DNA of 63,999 nt, filler included, from Basidiobolus ranarum (taxonomy: Eukaryota): NCBI GenBank assembly GCA_040143965.1. It is 7 parts of 7 records of this genome, joined end to end, with 100 filler letters (N's around TTAATTAATTAA, not from the genome) between each part and the next. Parts side by side here need not be neighbours in the genome. Positions count along the whole stretch, not along the records: positions 45,940 to 54,999 come from JASJQH010000877.1; positions 55,100 to 63,999 come from JASJQH010000904.1; 5 more parts are not named here. One strand, given 5' to 3'. The notes beneath the pieces were generated by a model. The model searched no databases and was not told where the DNA came from. It saw nothing but the letters and a program-made list of their open reading frames with translations. The position numbers and the translations under genes were made by a program. This document shows positions 50,851 to 62,800 of the stretch, one piece after another; position 1 is the stretch's first letter, and every line of letters begins with the position of its first letter.

Positions 50851-51689
50851 GCTCAATGATAAATATAGAAATGAATACCAGAAGAAAACCAGAGGAAGCA
50901 CAAATACAGTGTAGGAATACCATCGGAAAATAGGAGGAAAAGAAAACTGGTAGAGTTATGACAAGAAAATAGGCAAAATATCATCAAAAGACTATTATAA
51001 AAAGGTATAAAAATTGTATCCAATTACAAAATCCTTGCACTGTTGCTTTTGGGTGGGATAGAGATAATAACTTAAATTTTCAGAAGAAAGCTTAATACTA
51101 CTACAAAGCTCCAGCAAAGCTGAATTCTTATACAGGAAGCTTAAAAATATTCATAGCAGATATATTCTTCACTCCATCTTTAAAGGGTAAAGTTACACAA
51201 TAGTATGTCAACAGCTTGAAAACTTTCTGAGAGAAGATTACTTCTGATGATAGAACTATCAAGAACCTTCAATACTACAAGGGTGAATAAAACTCTAGTA
51301 TTTACTCTAACTTGAAGTCAAAAGAAAGAGATATAGTTCTCTGAGATTGGCAAAAAATTGATGAAAGTGAGGTATTTTCTAAGGCTGCAAAAGTGAAGAT
51401 ACCTATGAAGGAATCTGAACTGAAGTCTTCAATTGTCAAGCCTAGTTCAGATGCAATAGGAGTCTTCATCATCCTACTATGATACAATGTTGAATATATA
51501 AAAAATATGATGCAGTTTTAGTTGATGCTAAGGATGGAAGCTTATTCACTAGGGGCAGGGGTGCTAATTTAAAGATATGGCCAAATGATGTGAATTGGTG
51601 GCTGGGAATAACTGCTGCAAGTGGGTGGCTTAGCATCAGGTTGCCAATTCAGTTACTAATATTACAGCTCTGGCCTTGAAACTTTGACA

Positions 51690-52900
51690 TATCAGCATCT
51701 GGTACTGCCACAGCTTTGCTTCTTAAACTGCACAAAATATTGTTGTAATAATTCCAACACTACATTGCTGAATCTGCCTGATATCTGCCAATGTGAGTTG
51801 ATTCCTAAGATTATATTAACACTATCTACAAACTACTCCCAATGTTGCCAATACGTATCTGGTAGAGATTTTCAAAGTTTCCCTTCAATATATACAAATT
51901 TAATACTTACAGTGTTGGAGTTTAAATAAACACCTAGATTAGTGAATAATGATGGCAGCCCTGGTAGAATATGATGGTATCTTGATGTTTTTTAAGCATC
52001 TTTCCAATCATTACAAATTTCAATCCTAGCTTGTATGGCTCATTCTGATTGAATTGGCTTACCAATAACAAAGAGTTTGTAACAAGATCATTCTCTTATT
52101 CATCCTCTTCTGATATAATGCCATCAGTGGAGGAATACACAAGGTCAACATCTAGCATCATATCCTCGAATTTTTATAAACTTACTAGTTTGACCACACT
52201 TGCACATATATCTGCATCATTGTGCTCATATAGCTGTGGTATCTCCATTGCATCTTGACTTTCAGTAGTGTTACCAAAACTTTGAGTCAAAGCACAGCCA
52301 GTGGACTCAGTGGGCAAAACTAGAGTTATTTTTGAGCACTTACCACTTTTGATACTCACCAGGCATTGTAAAGCTGCTATGAAATTGAATTGCCAGACAA
52401 AAGCAATGGCAATTTTGGAGACAGTGTAAAGTCTCAATCAACTCAATATTTTGTGCACATATATTGCATAAGTAAACATTGACCATTTCCTAGTTTCATA
52501 TCTACACCTTTCAACCATCTTGCAATCACTAAAACAAGAAAAGAAATGCATCTAACTCCAGAACTACTAAGCAAGTATTTACTAAAATTAGGGATACAAT
52601 TCCTTATTATTGTTCTAGTACAGGTATAAATTTCAAAATGAACTGATAATGGATACAAAAGTTCCCAGACATTGGAAACAGGCCATCAGTGTTGTATACA
52701 TGTTTCAAAATTAGTACACTTGCAAATCTGGCAGGTATGCCTCCCACATTTTCCCCTGTTCAACCCTATACAAGTTGCACAATTAAAATTATATCAATCA
52801 GTCAACTTATCAGTGAATCAAGTCCCAAAATTGCACTCATCTCAGGAACCAGCCACTATATATGGTAGCAGCAAAACATCAAGACAGATCCTCCATCAAA
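51690..52900 (-). mobile_element. CACTA/EnSpm-like remnant
   Basis: 51770-52050 is similar to 30780-31030; Cys-rich segment near 52680-52760. Confidence 0.5.
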
Positions 52901-52959
52901 GAAAGCACAATGCATAAAATGAAATACAAGCTAAAGACAAGGAAGAATGCCAGGCAACC

Positions 52960-53780
52960 AAGGAAACACAAAAATGCTGGATCCATATGTGACTACAGTA
53001 ACAGATGTACTTGTAGTACTAAAGGAACAAGCAAGTAAGGTTTAAAATTCTGACATCCCCAAAACAGCCTTTAGTACAAGATATGGACACTTTGAGTTCA
53101 AAGTACTCAATTTTAGCCTAAAAAAGCATCTGCAATCTTTATGGTAAAGAAGTTGTAGCTATGATCTTAGACAGATTTGCCATAGTATTCCTTAATGACA
53201 TCCTGATCTATAGCCAAAAAAACAAAGAAGAACTCCAACATCTCAAGAAAATCCTTGAATCACCAAAGTAACATCAATTGATTGCCAATCCCAAGAAATG
53301 GCAGTTTCTGAAGAAAGAGTAGGAATGTTTTAGTCTTACATTGTTCAAGAAAGGTATTCAAGTTGACCAGATGAAGATCAAAACTATACAAAACTGGCCT
53401 TGGCCCACAACTGTAAAGGAACTCAGAACATTTCTGTGACTTGCAAGTTATTACACAAGACTTGTAAGGGATTTGTCCAAGATGACTTCTCTTTTAACAC
53501 AACTGCACAGGACAAAGAACCATACCTTTAGCAAGGACCTCATGATGTAGCTTTCCAACAGATTAAGTAACTTCTCACTTAAACACCCATTTTTGCCTTC
53601 CCAGACTTCAGTCACCCCTTTACTGTTACTACAGATGCCTCTGACTTTCCCAACATATAAAGCATAACCATCCCACTACCTTTGAGTCTGAGAGACTTAC
53701 TCAGGGTGAATTAAACTCTCCTGTGCACAAAAAGGAACTTTAGGCAATCTTTCAATGCTTCAAAACTTGGAGATACTTAG
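52960..53780 (+). mobile_element. Ty3/gypsy reverse transcriptase-RNaseH fragment
   Basis: DIPKTAFSTRYGHFEF, VFLNDILIYS (decayed YLDD), WP.PTTVKELRTFL, TTDASDF, HKKEL.AI. Confidence 0.85.
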
Positions 53781-54890
53781 TGTTGAAATTAGCATTGCCT
53801 AAACACATATATAGTCATATATAGCTTAGTACTTAGTTATCTTATAATTCACCAAGATATTATCCATTATTCTCAATCAGAATTTACTAATAATATTTTT
53901 ACCAACTTAGAAGTTCTCAGATATATAGATTTTTCAAACTAGTGCTAGAAGCCCCAAACTTTGCACACATGCTACTGGGACCTCCCTTGACACACTCTAC
54001 ACATTAGTTTGTTTACATCTTGACAAAACTATAAAGTCAACTTTCTACTTAATAAATCAACAAGTGAAAACCACCAATTCCTCTAATTCTCCAATCCACT
54101 TCCAAAAAGGTCCCAAATACTTTAACAGGTTATGAGCCCAAAGCTGGCACTTTCTGTAATGTCTACTTCTCAAATTTATGGAACTTTTTCCTTTTCTGAA
54201 AAATTGAATGGAGCCATTTATCAAGTTTAGAAAATTAAAATGAAAATGCTGCTGCAAGAAAAAGAACTTTGGCACAATATTGTAGGAGAAGCAAACAATG
54301 CAAAACTATGTGAAACCAAAGTTTTAATTCAGGTTAAAAAAGGACAAAGTGCCTTTAACACAATTATGTCTCAATCTCAAAGACAAATTGCTAATTCAAT
54401 GTTCAAGTGCTAAAACTGCCAAGAAGGTATGAAAAGCCTGGGAAGACACCTACCAAACAAGTTCTGCTGCCAACATGATGTTTCTAAGAAGATAATTCTT
54501 TAACTTAAAGATGAAGCCAGGAGAAGACATTAAATCACTAATGAATAGAGTCACTATTTTAGCGGATTGAAATGGAATGTATTGGAGTATCTAAATTAGT
54601 GATTAGTCAGGATTAACCATCACTGATCAAAATGGGAATTATTTAGCTTTGGAAGAAAAGGATCAGAACTTGTACAAACTTACATAAAATCCAAAAGGTT
54701 TATGTGTAAATATAAGTTCTTCCAATCAAGAAACTATTCAATTATGGCATAAGAGATTTGACCATATTTGATTTGATTATTTGCATAAAATGATCAAAAA
54801 TTGCCCAATTTCTGGATTTGAAATGAACCCTCCAACCACAATGGAAATATGTGAGGGTTGTACATGTAGATAACATGAAAGGTAACTGTT
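53781..54890 (+). mobile_element. Ty1/copia 5' LTR (53781-54127), PBS (54128-54139) and deleted gag/pre-integrase, abutting gypsy RNaseH
   Basis: TGTTGAAATTAGC...TTTAACA followed by a perfect GGTTATGAGCCC; KMKMLLQEKELW; LWHKRFDH. Confidence 0.88.
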
Positions 54891-54892
54891 CA

Positions 54893-54999
54893 GTTAGGGG
54901 GGAGACAGTCACCCAAAGGTGAAATCTTTATTTCAAACAAAACAAAGAAGCCATAACTACTTTTGTAGTTTCTTAACTAATGTATGGAGATCAGGAGTA
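54893..54999 (+). mobile_element. Terminus of a young repeat (putative TIR DNA transposon)
   Basis: 54893-54978 is the exact reverse complement of 55100-55185. Confidence 0.6.
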
Positions 55000-55099
55000 N
55001 NNNNNNNNNNNNNNNNNNNNNNNNNNNNNNNNNNNNNNNNNNNTTAATTAATTAANNNNNNNNNNNNNNNNNNNNNNNNNNNNNNNNNNNNNNNNNNNN
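55000..55099. other. Artificial contig spacer
   Basis: N run with TTAATTAATTAA linker. Confidence 0.98.
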
Positions 55100-55185
55100 A
55101 GTTAAGAAACTACAAAAGTAGTTATGGCTTCTTTGTTTTGTTTGAAATAAAGATTTCACCTTTGGGTGACTGTCTCCCCCCTAAC
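55100..55185 (-). mobile_element. Same repeat terminus, interrupting the downstream gene
   Basis: Ends ...GGGTGACTGTCTCCCCCC|TAAC and abuts the coding frame. Confidence 0.6.
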
Positions 55186-57080
55186 CCTAAAATCTAGCCT
55201 TGAAAGATACGACTATCTAGCCCATGTCAAGAAGGTTTTCAACGGGTCTGAATCTGAAGCTAATGAATGCAGCATTGTACTCAGTCACCGTACGGGACCT
55301 CCCCAGGTCTCTTCACCGACGTCAGTTGTGGCACATTTAGTGTCTCTAGAAGGGTTAGATGAGATGCACATCGGGAATAACCACTCTCACGTCACCCTCG
55401 TGTCCTTATACAGCTGGGACTGGACTTGTATTCCCTCAAATGAAGCGAATCTTATCCATGCCTTGCAGGGTCTTGGGACCAATATCCAGCCGCTGAGAGC
55501 CTCTGATAAGAAACTTGCTACTCAGGATATCGCAGCAGTGAAAACAGGTGATCTGAAATCACCCACTGATTCCACACGAGTATGGCTTCATCAAAAACTA
55601 AAAGAAGGATATGTGCTCACGAAACAAACCTTACCAACAGGCGAACCAACCACTGCATTCTTTCGAGGTCCGTTATCACCGGTCTTGCCAGTAACTGTAG
55701 AGCAGAGATCCATTAAGCCTTGGTCACTGTTTGGGACAGATCTCCAAATCCTTGACACAAAAGTCGGTATTTTCGATACTTCTTACAACACTGCATGGCA
55801 ACTCGGCAAGGCATCTGCTATGGGTGACCGATCGTTCATTAAGAGCCTTCTTCAGCTTCGTAGTAATATCCACTCTAAAGTGTTGAACGCCACAAAAGCA
55901 GCCCTCGATGAAACCCATCTATCGCCGACGCAGTTTCTAAGCCCCTTGAAACAAGCAACTAGCACTACGGCAATCGTCCACGATCCTACTTCACTTACAA
56001 ATCACAGCATAGCAGCTCGGCGGTGTAAGGACCCATTACAGGGGCTGACGCAGTATATGAAGCAAGTTGAGCAATTAGTTCTCGGTGATTCTGATTTCGC
56101 TTCAGGTAAGAGTGACTTTTCCAAACAAACTTGGATTCTTCCATAATTTTCATTTGCCTCCAGGTAAAGCACTTTACAACGACTTTCAGTCCCCAAAGAA
56201 CCCAGATTGGGCTATTGTTATGAAATGGGTTCTAGATAAGTTGTTTATAGATATACCACACCACTATCTCATCACAGATCCTGATCATCTCCCGCCAGAG
56301 AGTATACGTACATTCTATATTGATGGTCGCTGGCTGGAAGCACTGATAGATGGAGCACTAAGTCATGGCAATCACGTCGACCGGGAAGATGACGTGATAC
56401 GTAGTGCCCTAAAGGAAAACGTCAATCAATATCTCTGTCACATCGTTAATGGGACACAGCCTCAACTACCTCGCTGGGGATTTTTTCTCCGCAGTAGTGT
56501 AATCAATGCATTCCCCGATTTGAAGGTGAATGCACCATGGCCCGATGGCCAAAAAGAGAAACGGGAGATACTTTTGATAAAAAAAATTACTGACGAAACA
56601 ATAATGTGCCTGTTGGGGCGTCATCCGGAAGAAGGAACACTTAAATCAATTACAATCTCTCAACCCGCGCACCAACAAAGGTTCTCTTGTGGTGTATCCT
56701 TGGATGACGATGAGCTCAAAGTAGAGTTCCGGAGTCTGGGAAATCAACCTGGAGCGTCAGATGATATGGTTGGTCATGATTTAGGGCTACGGACATGGCG
56801 GAGTCTGCCCAAGGAGTCAGATCCTTCTCAGCCACAAATATACGACTGGACCCACCGGACACTCATCTTGCCTTCATTTGCGAAGCGATGTGTAGACGAA
56901 CTTACCAAGGCTGGAATTTTTGAATGGAAACAAAGCGATCCTTGTCCTAGCTCCATTATCGGTGCACAGCTCACTGCTGCTGCTTTCAAGCTAAAAATTG
57001 ATGTCGACGTCACCGTGAGGCATCCGGATTCTTCCAACAACCATGGGACATGGACAACTTTACGTTCCCCCACCAATTAA
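55186..57080 (+). pseudogene. 5'-truncated gene of an uncharacterised fungal/bacterial protein family, one 58-nt intron (56106-56163)
   Basis: The two overlapping ORFs join in frame (DFAS-G-KALYND) after removing GTAAGA...CCTCCAG. Motifs YLAHV, SHRTGP, VAHLVSLEG, LVSLYSW, TGEPT.AF.RGPL.P, FGTDLQILD, AWQLGK, IP.HYLI.DP..LP.ESIR.F.ID..W..ALIDGALS, GF.LRS....FPDL.V, QP.HQQRF. Confidence 0.7.
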
Positions 57081-58532
57081 GGGTTCAGTACCTCCCAATG
57101 GTATTCATACTACAGGAATCAAGGCTAACAAGACTGTCAGGATTCCGGTGGCCACCCAATCATAACTCAGGAGAGGTATCTTTGTTGAGGTCCAGAAGGA
57201 GTATACATCACTTGGATGGTTTTTGCTTTTTTGAACGGAGGCAGTGCATTTGATGTACTTAAAAAAGTAGGTCTACATGCCAGTGATCATAGTATCGCTG
57301 CTAATATATTTAATTTTAGTGTTGAATGGTACCAGAGAGTGCCAACGAAGAAATAAAATTCGAGAATTGAGGTGTGGTTGACCCTAAAATAATGATCAAA
57401 TATACAAATATGCAGCACTATCTGTCATGATCCTGGCACAATCTGTGAGAACCGTTCTAACAAGCATGGCTGCATGAGTCAATGGGAAGTGCCTGGCACG
57501 GGATCATTTCCCCGTCAGGTAGAGGGTTCAAACTCTCAAGAACGAGTGGGAGGCAGTCGTTGACAAATGGAGGCATGCGGAACATGATTCAATTAGTAAT
57601 GCATGTAACCAAAATATTTCAGTCGTTATGAAGGTAGCAAATCCCTAGTAAGCATGAGTGTACTCTATTGAGTTAAATGCATAGAGAGATTACTGACAAC
57701 AATTTTTATCAGAGATTACCGACAGATTTTGGCAAATATTACCCAAATATGGACAGATGGTGGTAGATCATTTTTAATCGAAGCGATAAGCACTGAAATA
57801 TTTCCATTTAAGGATTACTATCACCTAAATACCATAATTAATCTGTTTCCAGAATCATCGCTATTTAAATCAATGCCGCCAAATATTTTGTCACAAATGT
57901 TACGCATCAAGCAAAGTCAGTTGAACAGGTTCATGAACTACTTATTCGGAATAGTTTGCTTTTGAAAAGCACCGAAGCAAGAAACAGAAGCCAACCCAAG
58001 TTCAGCATATATTCGGGTTCCATTTGACCAAATCAAAACAATACAATCAGGTTCCAGCAATTATCACAACCATTCATTCTGATTGGCTAATATTTAGGGT
58101 TAGGGATAATTTGACTTGTTTTTCGGAAACGGTAAGATTAAGAGCATTAATTAAGAGCATCAATTAAAAGCATCTAACGCGCGTATTGGGTGATGACTGA
58201 TCAAATGGCATTGAATTATTACACTTTTAGCACGTTATACTACCACAATTGTGAAGATGCGAACTCCACCAAGCGTTTACAAAACAAAGGCTAATTTTAC
58301 AGTTGAATATGGATAGTTACAAGCTACAATTGATTAGACTCTAGCACAGTAAGTTCTGAATAAATTGGGCAGTAAAAGCCTTTTTAGACTCTTTCAGAAT
58401 ACAAAGCTAAAACGGTTTAACATTAAGCGATGGGTATAGTAAGTAATGGGCCTAGTAAGTGATGGGTATAGTATGTGATGTGTATAAATACTCGATGTGT
58501 CTCCTCCCTTAGAAACTCAATCAACTTTCAAC

Positions 58533-59309
58533 ATGCTGTCTTCGATCAGAATTGTTACCGCTTTCTTTGCTGTCCTAGCAACAGTTCATTCAGCTCCAGT
58601 TGATCAACAAGACAGTTTGCTCCATAAGCTTGTCTTCAAAAACAAATGTTCCCATAATGTCTGGTTGGCCTCCTTATCAGAGTGGAGGAACTCACCTCTT
58701 CCCGTGAATGGTGGTCTCCTTACACCTGGTGAGTCATACACTCTCACTGTTGTGAATCGTTGGCAAGGTCGTTTCTGGGGTCGTACTGAATGTGACTTCG
58801 ATAACAAAAATATGACTACCAATACTGCTTGTGTTACCGGTGACTGTGGGTCAGGGAAAAAATACTGTCAAGACGTATCGGGACAACCACCAGCTTCCTT
58901 GGCTGAATTTCAATTCAATGGCTGGAACAATCTTGATTACTACGATGTTTCTCTCGTAGATGGCTACAATTTACCTATTTCCATCCAACCTCACTCTAAA
59001 ATCAACAATCCGGACAATCCCTACTCATGTGGTAGCCCTACTGTTGAAAAGGACATCAATCTAATTTGCCCTGAGGGATTGCAGCTACGTGATCATGGTG
59101 GAAAGGTTGTTGGTTGTAAGTCAGCTTGCGAAGCTTTTGGATCTCCTCAGTACTGTTGCGCCGGCGCTTACAGTACCCCCGAAACTTGCCATCCATCCGT
59201 CTACTCCAAGATTTTCAAGTCAGCCTGTCCATTCTGCTACAGTTATGCATATGACGACAAGACTTCCACTTTCACTTGTCAAGGTGATTACACCATTGAG
59301 TTCTGTTAA
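58533..59309 (+). CDS. Secreted thaumatin-like protein (PR-5/GH152), intronless
   Basis: TATAAATA at ~58483; signal peptide; NKC...VW, WQGRFWGRTEC, C.TGDCG, PPASLAEF, DYYDVSLVDGYNLP, GCKSAC, YCC.G, YSYAYDD.TSTFTC, Y.I.FC. Confidence 0.96.
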   Translation: MLSSIRIVTAFFAVLATVHSAPVDQQDSLLHKLVFKNKCSHNVWLASLSEWRNSPLPVNGGLLTPGESYTLTVVNRWQGRFWGRTECDFDNKNMTTNTACVTGDCGSGKKYCQDVSGQPPASLAEFQFNGWNNLDYYDVSLVDGYNLPISIQPHSKINNPDNPYSCGSPTVEKDINLICPEGLQLRDHGGKVVGCKSACEAFGSPQYCCAGAYSTPETCHPSVYSKIFKSACPFCYSYAYDDKTSTFTCQGDYTIEFC

Positions 59310-59812
59310 ATTTGTTTTGTTTCTTCTGTAATTACGTTAATAAATCTCTTTTTACTCTAAAAATTCCCTTGACTCTACTGCAACTACAAATGCAATTACA
59401 AATATACCGAGAATACCATTGGTGTGGCTAATTCGGGGTTACTAGTTGGATGAGATGTGGATTTGAGCTCAATAAAAGGCCCAACTGTCAAGGTTTTGAA
59501 GCGGTTAATATTTGCGAGGTAGGACAACTCGTAGACGAAAAGAGAACCTTCTCAGTCATTGGTTTTTTCATGTTGTTCTTATAATCATTAAGCTTGTGTC
59601 ATTATCATACAACTTTGATATGAATTCATCAAAGAATGCTTTGCAAATATGTACAGTATTGCATGCTATTATTATTATATTGCATACAGATGTCTAAGGA
59701 TGGTATCATTACAGTTTTTTATGTTTAGATTTATGTATGAAACTTTAAATATGAAACCTATTCGTTGTCGTAGCAAATTATGAGATTTATACTCATTTTA
59801 TATTCTATGCAT

Positions 59813-62800
59813 TTATGCCCAATCGCAAATGATTGAGCCAGCGAAACTTTTACAGATAGTACCAGCTGCGCAGGAATATTTCAACTGTTTACCATTAGAG
59901 CATACAGTGAATTTTGGCGACATTTCAGAATCTTCGCATTCGTACACTCCCTCTACGCATGGGGAGTCTGTAGGCGTAGGCTTACTTTCATCAGAGGTAA
60001 CCGTTATCACTCTAGTAACGGTCACGGTAGAGGCAATGCACCCGAGAGAGGTAGTCTTAGGGGGAACAGAATTAGTGTGCGACGAAAGAGTTGCTGAGTT
60101 CATGGAGCTGGCGGTGGGTCTAGTACTTTCTGAGTGGGAAGAGACGATAGTGGGTTTGGTAATTTCTGAATGAACAGAACTGAAAGTTGGCTCAGTGGTT
60201 TCAAAGTGAGACGAGCTAGGTGTATGTTTGACACTTTCTGAGTGAACAAAACCGGAAGTAGGCTTCTCACTTTCCGAACGAACAAAACTGGAGCTTGAGT
60301 GTACACTCTCAGAGTGTCCTGTTTCCGAGTGAGATGAACTGGCAGTTGACTTTACACTTTCCAAGTGAACCGAGTTGGCAGTGGGTTTCAAGCTGTCAGA
60401 GTAAGCAGAAGTAGATGTAGCCTTCACGCTCTTAGAGTTAATAGAGCTGACGGTGGATCTTACGTTTTCCGAGTGAGTAGAGCTGAAAGTTGGCTTTAAG
60501 CTTTCGGAGTTAGCGGCACTGTTAGTGGGCTTCACGATTTCAGATTGACTAAAGCTGACGGTTGACTTGCTGCTCTCAGAGTGACTAACATTGACGATAG
60601 GCTCTACGGTTTCAGAGTGAGCAGAGCTGTTAGTGGGCTTTACGCTTTCAGAGTGAGCGGCGCTGTTGGTGGGTTTCACGCTTTCCAAGCGACTAGAGTT
60701 GAAAGTTGGTTTTACGCTTTCAGAGTGACTAGAGCTAACGGAGGGTTTCACGCTTTCAGAGTGAGCAGAGCTGGAAGTAGGCTCTACATTTTCGGAGTGC
60801 TTAGAACCGGCAGTGGTTTTTTCACTTTCAGAGTGACTAGAGCTGACTGTGGGCTTCACAGTTTCAGAGTTACTTGAGTTGACAGTTGGCTTTACATTTT
60901 CGGAGTTCTTAAAACTGTTAGTGGGTTTTTCGCTTTCAGAGCGACTATAGCTGACTGTGGGCTTTACGCTTTCGGAGTGAGCAGCGCTGTTGGTAGGTTT
61001 CACGCTTTCCGAGCGACTAGAGTTTAAAGTTGGCTTTACGCTTTCATATTGACTAGAGCTAACGGAGGGTTTCACGCTTTCAGAGTGAGCAGAGCTGAAA
61101 GTGGGCTTTACTATTTCAGAGTGACTTGGGCTGACAGTTTGCTTGACACTTTCAGAATGACTTGAGCTGACTGTAGGCTTTACATTTTCAGAGTAACTAG
61201 AACTGGCTGTAGGCTTAATACTTTCAGAGTGACTAGAGCTAACAGAGGGTTTTACGCTTTCAGAGTGTGCGGAGCTGGCAGTGGGCTTCACAGTTTCAGA
61301 CTTACTTGAGCTGACAGTTGGTTTTACACTTTCGGACTGAGCAGAGCTGTGAGAGGGCTTCACATTTTCAGATTGATGAGAGCTGACGGTGGGTATTATA
61401 GTTTCAGAGTGAGCAGAACTGAAGGTTGCTCTCGCACTTTCAGACTGGGGGGAGCTAATAGTGGGCTTCAAACTTTCAGAGTAACTATAACCGACGGTAG
61501 GCTTCACAATATGAGAGTGACTAGAGCTGACGGTTAGCTTTAAGCTTACAGAGTGGGTAGAGTGTTCAATAGCTGCCGAACTTTCAGATTTTCTCGAGCT
61601 GAAGGTAGGCTTGACACTTTCAGAATGACTTGACCTGACTGTTGGCTTTACACTTTCTGAATGCTTAGAGCCGACACTGGGCTTTACAATGTCAGAGTGA
61701 GCAGAGCTGGAAGTGGACTTTATGGCTCCAGAGTAACTAGGGTTGATTGTTGGCTTTAAACCTTGGGAGGGACTAGTACTATCAGTAGGCTTCACACTTT
61801 CAGAGTGACTAGAGATTATAGTTGGCTTAAAGCTTTCAGAGTGCTTAGAACTGCCGGTGGGCTTTACGCTTTCAGAGTGAGTGGAGATGGCCGTAGGTTT
61901 CACGGTTTCTGAATGGGCAGAGCTGAAAGCTGGCTTTAAGCTTTCAGAGTGAGCCGAACTAACAGTGGGTTTAGTACTTACTATGGGCTTTACGCTTTCA
62001 GAGTGAGTGGCGCTGGCCGTAGGCTTCACGGTTTCTGAATGGGCAGAGCTGACAGCTGGCTTTAAGCTTTCAGAGTGAGCAGAACTAACAGTGGGTTTAG
62101 TACTTACTATGGGCTTTACGCTTTCAGAATGAGCAGTGCTGGCAGTAGGCTTCACACTTTCAGAATGGGTAGAGCCGGTAGTAGACTTCACGATTTCAGA
62201 ATGAGCAGAGCTGAAAGTGGCTTTTGCACTTTCGGAGTGCTTAGTACTGCCTGTGGGCTTGTGGCTCGCAGAGTGAGCAGTGCTGGCACTAGGTTTTACA
62301 ATTTCAGAAGGAGCAGAGCTGACAGTTGGCTTCAAGCCTTCCGAGTGACTAGAGCTGGCTGTAGGCTTTACGTCCTCAGAGTGACTGGAGCTGGCAGTGG
62401 GCATTATGCTTTTTGAATGGACAGAGCTGACTGTTGGCTTCACAATCTCAGAGTGACTGGAGCTGACAGTTGGTTTTAAGTTTTCAGGGTGACTAGAGCT
62501 GTAAGTAGGCTTTACGCTCTCAGAGTGCTTAGAACTAACTGTGGGCTTTATGATTTCAGAGTGACCAGTGCTGGCAGTAGGTTTCACAGTTTCAGAATGA
62601 CTAGAGCTAACAGTTGGTTTTACGCTTTCAAAGTGCTTAGAACTAACCGTAGGCTTTATGCTTTCAGAGTACTTAGAACTAGCGGCGGGCTTAACGCTTG
62701 CGGAGTGACTAGAGCTGGCAGTGGGTTTTACGTTTTCAGAATGGGCAGAGCTGACGGTTGGCTTTATAACTTCAGAGTGCTTAGAACTGACCGTGGGCTT

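Noticed and set aside
54893-55185. One intact TIR element or hairpin spanning the gap
   Set aside because: The join is artificial and the outer flanks are unrelated, so a single insertion cannot be assumed.
55176-55190. CCCTAACCCTAA telomere-like motif
   Set aside because: Only two units, formed at a TE/gene junction.
56085-56163. Programmed frameshift between two overlapping ORFs
   Set aside because: Fully explained by an in-frame GT-AG intron at 56106-56163.
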